Source: an uncultured Clostridia bacterium (GTDB taxonomy: Bacteria; Bacillota; Clostridia; TANB77; CAG-508). Taken from it: DNA of 64,000 nt. Under the pieces are notes generated by a model that did not search any database, was not told the origin of the DNA, and was given only the letters and a program-made list of their open reading frames with translations. Shown here one piece after another: positions 19,094 through 26,911 of this stretch (the first letter of the stretch is position 1; each line of letters starts with the position of its first letter). The position numbers and the translations under genes are program-made. The stretch is from positions 6,280-70,279 of the forward strand of contig CANSTR010000001.1 in the NCBI GenBank assembly GCA_947649935.1, in the 5' to 3' direction.

Positions 19094-20240
19094 TTACTTC
19101 AATTTTATTATGATAAACAATTCCAATGACACTATCTCCAACAACAATATCTTGAATTTCGCTATGTGTAATATAACGTTTCAGAAGCCATCCACCTGGG
19201 CTTACAATTCTGACTTCATTTGCTAAATGCAAGCAAATGAATTTTCTCGTTACTTTCAGTTTTTTCGGAACATCATTCTCTAAAAAATACAAATTGTCAC
19301 TTTTGCCAATCGTATTTTTGATGCTCATTTGATATTGATACGAAAACAAACCAGAGGTTTCCTTTTCCACAATAACCATATTATTTTCGAGATTAATATC
19401 CACAAATAAGTTATTTTCCTTGACATCATACAGCTTTTCCGTTGTCGTTTCTGTCAACCTTTGCACATAGGAATCAAACATACAAATCGCTTCATTTTTG
19501 TCATTAAAACGAATGTTGTTCAAAATCTTCCCTGATTCTGATTCATACGTATTCACTGAATTATCTTTAATATTTTCTATCACAATCAAGTTCACAACCG
19601 ATTTCACAACTGTGCCAGAATAATTGATTTGACCAATTGCCAAATATTTGTTATTGTCCGAAATTTCTGAGCAAACCGCATAATTTTTCGCACAATATTT
19701 TCTGCATAATTCATTTCCATCTACATCAAACACCACAATCACCGATTTATAAAGCGCATTTTTCAAAATAACGCTGACATAACCATTTTTATTGATGCTC
19801 ACGCGATAAATTTCCCCATCGACTTCTTTTTTCCAACGAATTCCCATTTCTGTGATAAAATAGAATTTGTTGCCACCATTTTCCGCCACCGCCAAATATT
19901 TATCTCTTGCATTCATATATGGAGTCGTTATATTGACATCCACGCTTCCAACAAAATTGGCTCGCTGGTCATAAAAACTCAACACGTTTTTACTCAAAAC
20001 CGTGATATATTTATCAAATGCATAAATAAAAGGGTTGCTATCAGAATTAATTTCGATTGTATTTGACGAATTTTCCGCAACTTCTTTTCTTAAAATTTTC
20101 GCATCAATGGTATTTCGGAAATCGTCGTTTATCAAATACTTCGCCAAAACAATCGCACAGCAAACAATGATGACTAGCGAAGCCATTGCTTTTGCAATTG
20201 TTTTGGAATCTATCTTTGGTTTTTCTTCCATAAAATTCAC
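19083..20240 (-). CDS. Hypothetical N-terminally anchored extracytoplasmic protein (beta-propeller-like, DUF5711-like)
   Basis: 385 aa with a single N-terminal TM. No catalytic motifs recognised. Confidence 0.4.
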   Translation of the reverse strand: MNFMEEKPKIDSKTIAKAMASLVIIVCCAIVLAKYLINDDFRNTIDAKILRKEVAENSSNTIEINSDSNPFIYAFDKYITVLSKNVLSFYDQRANFVGSVDVNITTPYMNARDKYLAVAENGGNKFYFITEMGIRWKKEVDGEIYRVSINKNGYVSVILKNALYKSVIVVFDVDGNELCRKYCAKNYAVCSEISDNNKYLAIGQINYSGTVVKSVVNLIVIENIKDNSVNTYESESGKILNNIRFNDKNEAICMFDSYVQRLTETTTEKLYDVKENNLFVDINLENNMVIVEKETSGLFSYQYQMSIKNTIGKSDNLYFLENDVPKKLKVTRKFICLHLANEVRIVSPGGWLLKRYITHSEIQDIVVGDSVIGIVYHNKIEVIDV

Positions 20241-20336
20241 CTATTTGAAGATTTTTCCCTATTTTACAAAAATTCACACAAAATTCACAAATTTATCACA
20301 TAAATTTCATCATAATGTGCATTTTTTGTTTTTGGG

Positions 20337-20358
20337 TCGGTCAAGACCGACCCCTACG
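20337..20358. repeat. GC-rich hairpin + CCCCTAC element (copy 1), immediately 3' of porB
   Basis: GGGTCGGTCAAGACCGACCCCTACG. Member of a repeat family also at 23893, 23931, 30059, 38645 and 38673. Confidence 0.7.
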
Positions 20359-21309
20359 TTATTTGTTTGTGATTTCCTCTAAATCTAACAATTCTTGCCA
20401 TCTTGCGTCAACTTCTTCTTGGAATTCTTGTATCATCCATTCGTTGCCTGGCTTGAACATATGTTTAAATCTCTTTTGTGGACGTAAAAATTCCTCAATT
20501 GGAAGTTTTTTCGCTGGTTTATAATTTACCACATATTTTCCATCGATTACCTCATATAACGGCCAATAGCAAGTCTCCACTGCTAATTTGTTAATTTGCA
20601 TTAAATCTTCCGTATTGTAACCCCAACCACGTGGGCATGGAGCCAAAACATTCAAGAAACACGCGCCTTCCGTATAAATTGCTTTTTCTGATTTTTCATA
20701 TAAGTCTTTAAAATTGTTCAAAGCAATTGTTTGTGCCACATAAGGCAAATGATGCCCAACCATAATTTTTGTCAAATCTTTTCTTGGTTGCATTTTACCT
20801 GGAACCTTGGTTCCAGCAGGCGTTGTGGTTGTATCTGCAAATTTTGGTGTTGCAGACGAACGCTGAATTCCTGTGTTCATATAAGCACCATTATCATAGC
20901 AAACATACACCATATCGTGCCCACGTTCCATAGCACCTGATAAACTTTGAAGCCCAATGTCATATGTTCCGCCATCTCCGCCAAATGCGATGAATTTTGT
21001 ATCTTTGTCTTCTGGCAATTTTCCAGTTGCTTTCATTGCTTTGTAAGCTGCTTCTACGCCTGACAACGTTGCTGCTGCATTTTCAAAAGCTGTATGAATA
21101 TACGAATCCGTCCATGATGTATATGGATATAAAAAGGTTGAAACTTCCATACAACCTGTTGCATTTGAAACAACCACATGGTCTTCTGGTTTCACTGCTC
21201 TTAAAATCATTCTGGCAACAGCTGGCGCTCCACAACCTGCACACATTCTGTGACCTGAAGTTAATCTAGATGGTCTATCCACCATTACTTGTTTATGATT
21301 ATAAGCCAT
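20359..21309 (-). CDS. porB: Pyruvate:ferredoxin oxidoreductase beta subunit (TPP-binding)
   Basis: TPP-binding motif GDGG…N (FGGDGGTYDIG…YDNGAYMNTG). Cys ligands for the proximal cluster. 1-nt overlap with porA. Confidence 0.85.
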   Translation of the reverse strand: MAYNHKQVMVDRPSRLTSGHRMCAGCGAPAVARMILRAVKPEDHVVVSNATGCMEVSTFLYPYTSWTDSYIHTAFENAAATLSGVEAAYKAMKATGKLPEDKDTKFIAFGGDGGTYDIGLQSLSGAMERGHDMVYVCYDNGAYMNTGIQRSSATPKFADTTTTPAGTKVPGKMQPRKDLTKIMVGHHLPYVAQTIALNNFKDLYEKSEKAIYTEGACFLNVLAPCPRGWGYNTEDLMQINKLAVETCYWPLYEVIDGKYVVNYKPAKKLPIEEFLRPQKRFKHMFKPGNEWMIQEFQEEVDARWQELLDLEEITNK

Positions 21310-22490
21310 TATTCACACCCCCTTACGCCTAAATATCTGTATGGATTTCCGATTTCTCCTGTCTTCACAATTTCCAACAAATCCTGATAAATACTTTCAA
21401 TCTCTTTAGAAGTCGTATCTCTACCACCAATTCCGTAAACATAATTTACAGTAGGAACTTGAATTTTATTAACAAACATACCAGATGTCACATCTTCAAA
21501 CAACGCTCCACCAGCCGCATTTAACGAATCTGCTTTATCCAAAACAGCAATTGCTTTAGCCTTTGCTAAGGCTTTTGCAACTTCTTCTGCTGGAAATGGA
21601 CGAAATACACGAATTTTCAAAACGCCAGCTTTTACGCTTTGCTCACGCATTCTATCCGCTGTATATTTCGCTGTTCCAGCCGTTGAATTCATACAAACAA
21701 TCACAACTTCTGCGTCTTCCATTTTGTATTCTTCAAAAAAGCCATAGCTTCTGCCAGTCATTTTTTCGAAATCTTTGGCAACATCCAAAATCACTTTTTT
21801 AGCATTTCTCATTGCAATAGCTTGCTGGGTTTTATGCTCAAACAAGTATGCTTGCAAATCCAATGGACCAATGGCGATTGGCTCTTTGTCATTTAACAAA
21901 TAATGTTCCGGTTTGTATTTTCCAACAAATTCCTTGACTTTTTCATCTTCAATTAGCTCAATATTTTCAATGGAATGTGACGTAATAAAACCATCTTGGC
22001 ATACCATTAAAGGAAGCAAAACATCTTTGTGTTCTGCAATTCTGTGCGCCATAACTAAATTGTCATATGCCTCTTGATTATTTTCTGAAAAAGTCATTAT
22101 CCAGCCACTATCACGTACTCCCATGGCATCTGAATGGTCATTGTGTATATTCAATGGACCTGATACCGCTCTGTTTACCAAAGACATCACAATTGGCAAA
22201 CGCAAACTTGATGCGATATAAATCATTTCCCACATCAAAGATAATCCATTGGCAGATGTTGCCGTCATGGCTCTTCCGCCGGCTGCCTGTGCACCAATGC
22301 AGGCACTCATGGCACTATGTTCACTTTCAACAGCCACAAATTCTGTATCCACCGTTCCATTGCTGACAAATGTTGAAAAATATTGTGGAATTTCTGTTGA
22401 AGGTGTGATTGGAAAAGCAGCAACAACATCTGGATTGATTTGTTTCATCGCAATGGCAGCTGCTTCGTTTCCACTTAAACGTTCTCTCAT
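21309..22490 (-). CDS. porA: Pyruvate:ferredoxin oxidoreductase alpha subunit
   Basis: 393 aa typical PorA N-terminus (ERLSGNEAAAIAMKQINPDVVAAFPITPSTEI). ATG overlaps the stop of the upstream 407-aa gene (ATGA). Confidence 0.85.
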   Translation of the reverse strand: MRERLSGNEAAAIAMKQINPDVVAAFPITPSTEIPQYFSTFVSNGTVDTEFVAVESEHSAMSACIGAQAAGGRAMTATSANGLSLMWEMIYIASSLRLPIVMSLVNRAVSGPLNIHNDHSDAMGVRDSGWIMTFSENNQEAYDNLVMAHRIAEHKDVLLPLMVCQDGFITSHSIENIELIEDEKVKEFVGKYKPEHYLLNDKEPIAIGPLDLQAYLFEHKTQQAIAMRNAKKVILDVAKDFEKMTGRSYGFFEEYKMEDAEVVIVCMNSTAGTAKYTADRMREQSVKAGVLKIRVFRPFPAEEVAKALAKAKAIAVLDKADSLNAAGGALFEDVTSGMFVNKIQVPTVNYVYGIGGRDTTSKEIESIYQDLLEIVKTGEIGNPYRYLGVRGCE

Positions 22491-23710
22491 ATTTCTCTTT
22501 CTCCTTTCATTTTTTTTATTGTTTTACTGTCTTGATGTTCTGTATTCCCTGGATTGAATTTACCGTCTATATTATCTAGCTTTACTTTTTTATTAAATTT
22601 ATTTTTCTGTTCATCATAATAATTTGTTCTTCCTTCTGGTAATAAGTTATTTTGAGGCTTAAACTGTTTTAGTACTTTTATTAACATCTTTTTGAAGCTG
22701 TCACCTAATGAATCTCTTTCCACTCTAATTTCTCCATGATAAAGGTCTGTTGGATGTTCACAATCAAAGCTTTGAAAATTTTCTATAACGTCAGCTACTA
22801 TTACAAACCAATCATTTGACGCTTCACTATTTAAACCATAAAAACAAACTGTTCGTTTTTTATCAAGTTCACTAAATACAGTCTTTATATCGTAATTAGA
22901 GAGCACTTTTCCTATATCTTGTAAATACTTTAAATTATCATCTGTTACCTTAAATGCTACATATCCAGGATCAATTCCATGACCTGCACAGCAAAATCGA
23001 CTTTCAATATTATGTTCGTAAGCCGTTTTCAATAGCCTTGTGAGACTTTCACTTCCCTCTCCAAAAGTAACAAAAGCCTTCTCTCTTTCTTCTGGTGTAA
23101 GTTTGGTTAAATCAACAGAATCACCTTGTGATATGGATTCTTCTAAAAGTTCAATGCAATATGACAATTTGTCTTCCGCTTCAAAATATTTTAATATAGT
23201 AAGTAACTTTTCTTGTATTCTGTTGCCTAATGGAGCATTGTGCGTATAAATTCTTTCATGATAAAGTTCCGTTGGATGTTCACAATCAAAATTTTGAATA
23301 TTTTCCATAACATCAGCTGCTATTCCAAACCAATGCTCCGACGGTTCATGATTAAAACTGCAAAAATTGACTTTCATTCCCATTGTGTAATGTTCTTCAA
23401 ACGTAGTTGTTACATCATAATTAGAAAGCACCTTTCCAACATCTCGTAAATATTTTAAATTATCATCTGTTACCTTAAAAGTTACATATCCATTTGAGTT
23501 TTCACAATCTGAACAGCAAAATTGACTTTCAACATTATGTTCGTAAGCCGTTTTCAATAGTCTTGTGAGATTTTCACTACCTTCTCCAAAAGTAACAAAT
23601 GCTTTTTCTCTTTCTTCTGGTGTAAGTTTTGATAAATCAATATGACCACAACCAGCAGACTTTTCTATGGATTTTTCTAAATGTCCAATCCAATTACTTA
23701 GTATTTTCAT
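22487..23710 (-). CDS. Hypothetical internally duplicated protein (two ~190-aa repeats with conserved FCC…C and DCEHP Cys/His motifs), translationally coupled to porA
   Basis: 407 aa. Repeat 1 and repeat 2 share DLSKLTPEEREKAFVTFGEGSExLTRLLKTAYEHNxES(Q/R)FCC…YV(T/A)FKVTDDNLKYL(R/Q)D(V/I)GKVLSNYD…FDCEHPT(E/D)LYH. The nucleotide-level direct repeat is about 526 bp apart. Confidence 0.5.
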   Translation of the reverse strand: MKILSNWIGHLEKSIEKSAGCGHIDLSKLTPEEREKAFVTFGEGSENLTRLLKTAYEHNVESQFCCSDCENSNGYVTFKVTDDNLKYLRDVGKVLSNYDVTTTFEEHYTMGMKVNFCSFNHEPSEHWFGIAADVMENIQNFDCEHPTELYHERIYTHNAPLGNRIQEKLLTILKYFEAEDKLSYCIELLEESISQGDSVDLTKLTPEEREKAFVTFGEGSESLTRLLKTAYEHNIESRFCCAGHGIDPGYVAFKVTDDNLKYLQDIGKVLSNYDIKTVFSELDKKRTVCFYGLNSEASNDWFVIVADVIENFQSFDCEHPTDLYHGEIRVERDSLGDSFKKMLIKVLKQFKPQNNLLPEGRTNYYDEQKNKFNKKVKLDNIDGKFNPGNTEHQDSKTIKKMKGEREI

Positions 23711-23892
23711 ATTTTTCTTTCCTTTTTATTCTGTTTCAATCGGTCCAAATGGACATACTGAAAATCTTCGTTCTTAACATATATTTTCTCCTCCTTTTTC
23801 TATTTTAAATTGATTTTGTATCTGATTTGTATCTATTTAATCCATTCATATTATATCAATTTATATATTTAGATTTTTTATATTGGACTGGT

Positions 23893-23950
23893 CAAGACCG
23901 ACCCCTACGGGTTGTTTGCTGTGTATTATTGTACGGGCATGGTGCTTACG
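23893..23950. repeat. Two tandem GC-rich hairpin + CCCCTAC elements (copies 2a, 2b) between the GNAT gene and the 407-aa gene
   Basis: GGTCAAGACCGACCCCTACGG … GGGCATGGTGCTTACGTGCCCCTACG. Confidence 0.7.
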
Positions 23951-24041
23951 TGCCCCTACGTTTGCCCTAACCTTTTATTATACCACATTTTTCCATTTTT
24001 GTAAATTTGACAAATTGTCTTAAATATGATATAATGAAAGA

Positions 24042-24506
24042 TTATATCTTTTTTGTATAATATACGGAATATTCCTGAAAGCCATCTTTTTCATAGAGCG
24101 ACACTGCTGGCTCATTTTCTCTAAATGCATTTAACTTTATAAATTTTGCGCCTTTTTCCTTCATTTTTTCACTAAATGCATCCATTAATAATTTGCCAAT
24201 GCCCTGTTTTCTATGATTTTTATCCACACATAAATGAGCTAAATACCCAACTTTTTCATTATAATATTTACAATTACTATCCATGCATCCATCTACAATT
24301 CCCAGTATTTTTTGATTTTCTTCAGCAACCAAAAATATATTCTTTCTGGCTTTAATCGCTTTTAATAATTCATTTTTTGCTTCTTCTGTTTCGTAATAAT
24401 CTTTTTTTATATTTGAATCAAATGGCAATTCTTCTTTCCAAAGTTGCTTTCGCAAATCAAATATTGCATCAAATTCATTTAATTTTGCTTTTCTGATTAC
24501 TACCAT
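24042..24506 (-). CDS. GNAT family N-acetyltransferase
   Basis: Start MVVIRKAKL at 24506 (RBS AGAGGG). Acetyl-CoA binding motif (HRKQGIGKLLMDAF). The longer ORF-track version (to 24770) overlaps porD. Confidence 0.75.
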   Translation of the reverse strand: MVVIRKAKLNEFDAIFDLRKQLWKEELPFDSNIKKDYYETEEAKNELLKAIKARKNIFLVAEENQKILGIVDGCMDSNCKYYNEKVGYLAHLCVDKNHRKQGIGKLLMDAFSEKMKEKGAKFIKLNAFRENEPAVSLYEKDGFQEYSVYYTKKI

Positions 24507-24528
24507 AAATATCCCTCTACTTTCTAAT

Positions 24529-24813
24529 CTACTCCATTTCAATGGCGCCGAATGGGCATACTTTTGCACATACGCCACAGCCTTTGCAGGCATCGTAATC
24601 AAAATCTTCTCTTTTACATTCCTTGTTGACTGGAATGGCGTCATCTGGGCATACTGGAAAGCACAAACCGCATTGTCTACATTTTTCTGATAAAAAAATT
24701 GGTTTTGTAGAACGCCAGTCACCTGTTTTGAACTCTTTAGCATTTCCAGCTGTATAAATATTTCCACCAATTGTTAATTCGTCCATTGGTGTATTTGCAT
24801 TTATCTCTGTCAT
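24529..24813 (-). CDS. porD: Pyruvate:ferredoxin oxidoreductase delta subunit (2x[4Fe-4S] ferredoxin)
   Basis: Two CxxCxxCxxxCP motifs (CRQCGLCFPVCP, CKGCGVCAKVCP). Operon position after porG. Confidence 0.8.
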   Translation of the reverse strand: MTEINANTPMDELTIGGNIYTAGNAKEFKTGDWRSTKPIFLSEKCRQCGLCFPVCPDDAIPVNKECKREDFDYDACKGCGVCAKVCPFGAIEME

Positions 24814-24831
24814 AAAAAACTCCTTTCTTCC

Positions 24832-25053
24832 CTATTGTTTCGGATTAAAAATCGCTTTTGAATCATTCCAATTTTCTTGTACAATCTCGATAAAATCTGG
24901 CCAATGTTTCACAACAAAATAAGCGATAACCCCAATAAAACATACGGCACACAAGACAATAATAGAATAAATCATTTTATTATATTTGTTAACTTCTTCG
25001 TTACTTGTTTTAAAATTAACGGATTTTAATAAATTCTTTAAAAATTCAAACAT
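24832..25053 (-). CDS. Small single-TM protein (73 aa) inserted between porG and porD
   Basis: ORF with a hydrophobic core (IYSIIVLCAVCFIGVIAYFVV) filling the 244-bp porG-porD gap. Confidence 0.35.
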   Translation of the reverse strand: MFEFLKNLLKSVNFKTSNEEVNKYNKMIYSIIVLCAVCFIGVIAYFVVKHWPDFIEIVQENWNDSKAIFNPKQ

Positions 25054-25057
25054 ATTT

Positions 25058-25636
25058 TTAAACCTTTTCTACCGATTTTAGCGCCAATTCTAATGCTTTC
25101 ATATTTCCTTCAATCACTTCTGGTTTTTTCGCAAATTTGTGTTTGAAAGAACCTACCATATCTTCCAAAAATGCTTTTTCTGTCATAATTTGGCTCACTT
25201 TTACAATGGCTGCAAGCATTGGCGTATTGGGAAAATATCTTCCCAATGTTTCCATCGAAACTTTTCTCGCATCGATTTTATAAATATCTCCTGCATAACC
25301 TTTTAAAACTTTTTTGATATACTCATTATCTTTTGTTGTATTAATCACAATTGCACCAGTTGTTTTCAAACCTGCAGTTACATCCACTGCTTCCAAAAGT
25401 GTATCATCCACAACAACGACATAATCTGGTTCATAAATATTAGAATGAATTGTAATAGGATTATTACCAATTCTGTTATAGGCAGTAATGGGAGCGCCCA
25501 TTCTTTCTGGTCCATATTCTGGAAAGCCTTGGATATATTTTCCTGTATTAAATGCTGCATCTGCTAGAAGTAGTGATGCGGTTTTTGCACCTTGACCGCC
25601 ACGTCCATGCCACCTGATTTCGATTAAATCTTGCAT
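25058..25636 (-). CDS. porG: Pyruvate:ferredoxin oxidoreductase gamma subunit
   Basis: 192 aa. PorG-like N-terminus (IEIRWHGRGGQGAKTASLLLADAAF). Confidence 0.8.
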   Translation of the reverse strand: MQDLIEIRWHGRGGQGAKTASLLLADAAFNTGKYIQGFPEYGPERMGAPITAYNRIGNNPITIHSNIYEPDYVVVVDDTLLEAVDVTAGLKTTGAIVINTTKDNEYIKKVLKGYAGDIYKIDARKVSMETLGRYFPNTPMLAAIVKVSQIMTEKAFLEDMVGSFKHKFAKKPEVIEGNMKALELALKSVEKV

Positions 25637-25697
25637 ACAAAATCCTCCTTTTTAGAAATTTTTGAAATGGGAATGGACTCATTTCTTATCTTGTTTA

Positions 25698-25726
25698 AGT
25701 ATATATTTTTTTGGCTGGATTGTCAA
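25698..25726 (-). promoter_or_regulatory. Sigma-A type promoter for porG operon (TTGACA-17-TATACT on minus strand)
   Basis: Hexamers read directly from the reverse complement of 25698..25726, about 60 nt upstream of the porG ATG. Confidence 0.55.
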
Positions 25727-25763
25727 TCAATTCTAGAAAGTTTTTCTTTTTTTGCAAAAAGTA

Positions 25764-25792
25764 TTGACAATTGTAAACTTGTGTGTTATAAA
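25764..25792 (+). promoter_or_regulatory. Divergent sigma-A type promoter (TTGACA-17-TATAAA) for the plus-strand small-protein genes
   Basis: Consensus hexamers about 85 nt upstream of the 25879 ORF. The two -35 boxes form an inverted repeat ATTGTCAAT/ATTGACAAT. Confidence 0.5.
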
Positions 25793-25878
25793 TAATATAT
25801 CTTTTTCGAAAATCATTATTTCAAGGCAGTATCTGCCAAAATTTTCACTAAGATTAAAATTTTTAAAAAGGAGAATTT

Positions 25879-26362
25879 ATGAAACAAAAATTAAAAAAAA
25901 TTGTATCCATTGGTTTGATATGCTTATTATTAAACTATTCAATTGGCGCTTATTGCGCTTATCAGGAAACCCTACTTGGTGAAGGCATGTTAGAAACCGC
26001 CTCACCTGAAATACGCTTAATTTACGTTACAAGTCCTATTGAAGTTTTTCGGGTCAAGCATTTACGGGACCGAATTTCAAGTAGTCAATTATAATACAAG
26101 CGGCAAAATAACCCAAGTAAATTTAGCCTATACTCTTTCCATTCGAACTGAACCAGCAAATGTTCCCTTTAATTTCAAATTATATCAATTTGATAGCAAT
26201 TGGAATGAGCACGAGGTGCCTTTAACAAGCACTTTCACATTTAACGCAAACGAAAGACAAGAGCATTATTACCGACTAGAAAGTTCATACACTTTGCCAG
26301 ATGCTCCTGTGTCAGAAAATATTGGAATTTGGGTCGATTTAGATATCGTACAAATTTATTAG
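25879..26362 (+). pseudogene. Secreted small protein split by an apparent frameshift (signal-peptide ORF 25879..26094 + ORF 26039..26362)
   Basis: ORF 1 has a typical signal peptide. The second frame opens at 26021 and overlaps the first by ~70 nt around a T5 run (26045..26049). Fused they give a ~165-aa secreted protein. Confidence 0.3.
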
Positions 26363-26373
26363 GAGGAAAAACG

Positions 26374-26556
26374 ATGAAAAAATTTTATGAATTTATAATG
26401 ATTGGATTTATCATTTTATTTATACTTGGTATGAGAAAATCTTATGCCAAATATACCTTTCATGATTCTGGTAAAGTTCTCCAGATTCATCAATTATTTG
26501 AATCAACTTCATCATCAGCAATCATCTCTGAAAATCCGAATCCAAGCATAAACTAA
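26374..26556 (+). CDS. Small membrane peptide (60 aa)
   Basis: Strong RBS AGGAGG; hydrophobic helix (FYEFIMIGFIILFILGM). Confidence 0.4.
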   Translation: MKKFYEFIMIGFIILFILGMRKSYAKYTFHDSGKVLQIHQLFESTSSSAIISENPNPSIN

Positions 26557-26579
26557 TCACAAAATTATTTTTAACAAAT

Positions 26580-26607
26580 AAAAAGAGATTTTGCAATCTC
26601 TTTTTTC
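26580..26607. terminator. Bidirectional terminator
   Basis: AAAAGAGATT-ttgc-AATCTCTTTT hairpin with T-runs, between convergent genes. Confidence 0.65.
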
Positions 26608-26611
26608 TATA

Positions 26612-26797
26612 TTAGTCTTCTAATTTTTTATCAAGAACTGGTGCCTCAACTGGGCAAACTCCCGCACAAGTTCCACATTCAATACATATTTCTGGGTCTA
26701 TTTTATATTTATCTTCTCCTTGAGAAATACAACTTACTGGACATGCTCCTGCACAGCTTCCACAACTAATACATTTATCTGTTATTTTAAAAGCCAT
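26612..26797 (-). CDS. 2x[4Fe-4S] clostridial-type ferredoxin
   Basis: 61 aa with two CxxCxxCxxxCP motifs. Confidence 0.85.
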   Translation of the reverse strand: MAFKITDKCISCGSCAGACPVSCISQGEDKYKIDPEICIECGTCAGVCPVEAPVLDKKLED

Positions 26798-26911
26798 TTT
26801 CAGTCCTCCTTTTTATTTATATGATTATCATTATTATATCAAATAAAATCAAAATGTCAATCACTAAACCAAAAAAAATTGAGGAAATTTTTGAATTTCC
26901 TCAAACAATTT

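Noticed and set aside
20327-20362. CCCCTAC hairpin copy 1 as a canonical intrinsic terminator for porB
   Set aside because: On the porB (minus) transcript the hairpin is followed by an A-rich stretch, not a U-rich one. Only copy 3 (30059) has proper U-tracts.
24507-24770. Long 242-aa version of the GNAT ORF overlapping porD on the same strand in another frame
   Set aside because: porD has unmistakable ferredoxin motifs there. The GNAT has its own RBS and ATG at 24506, after the porD stop.
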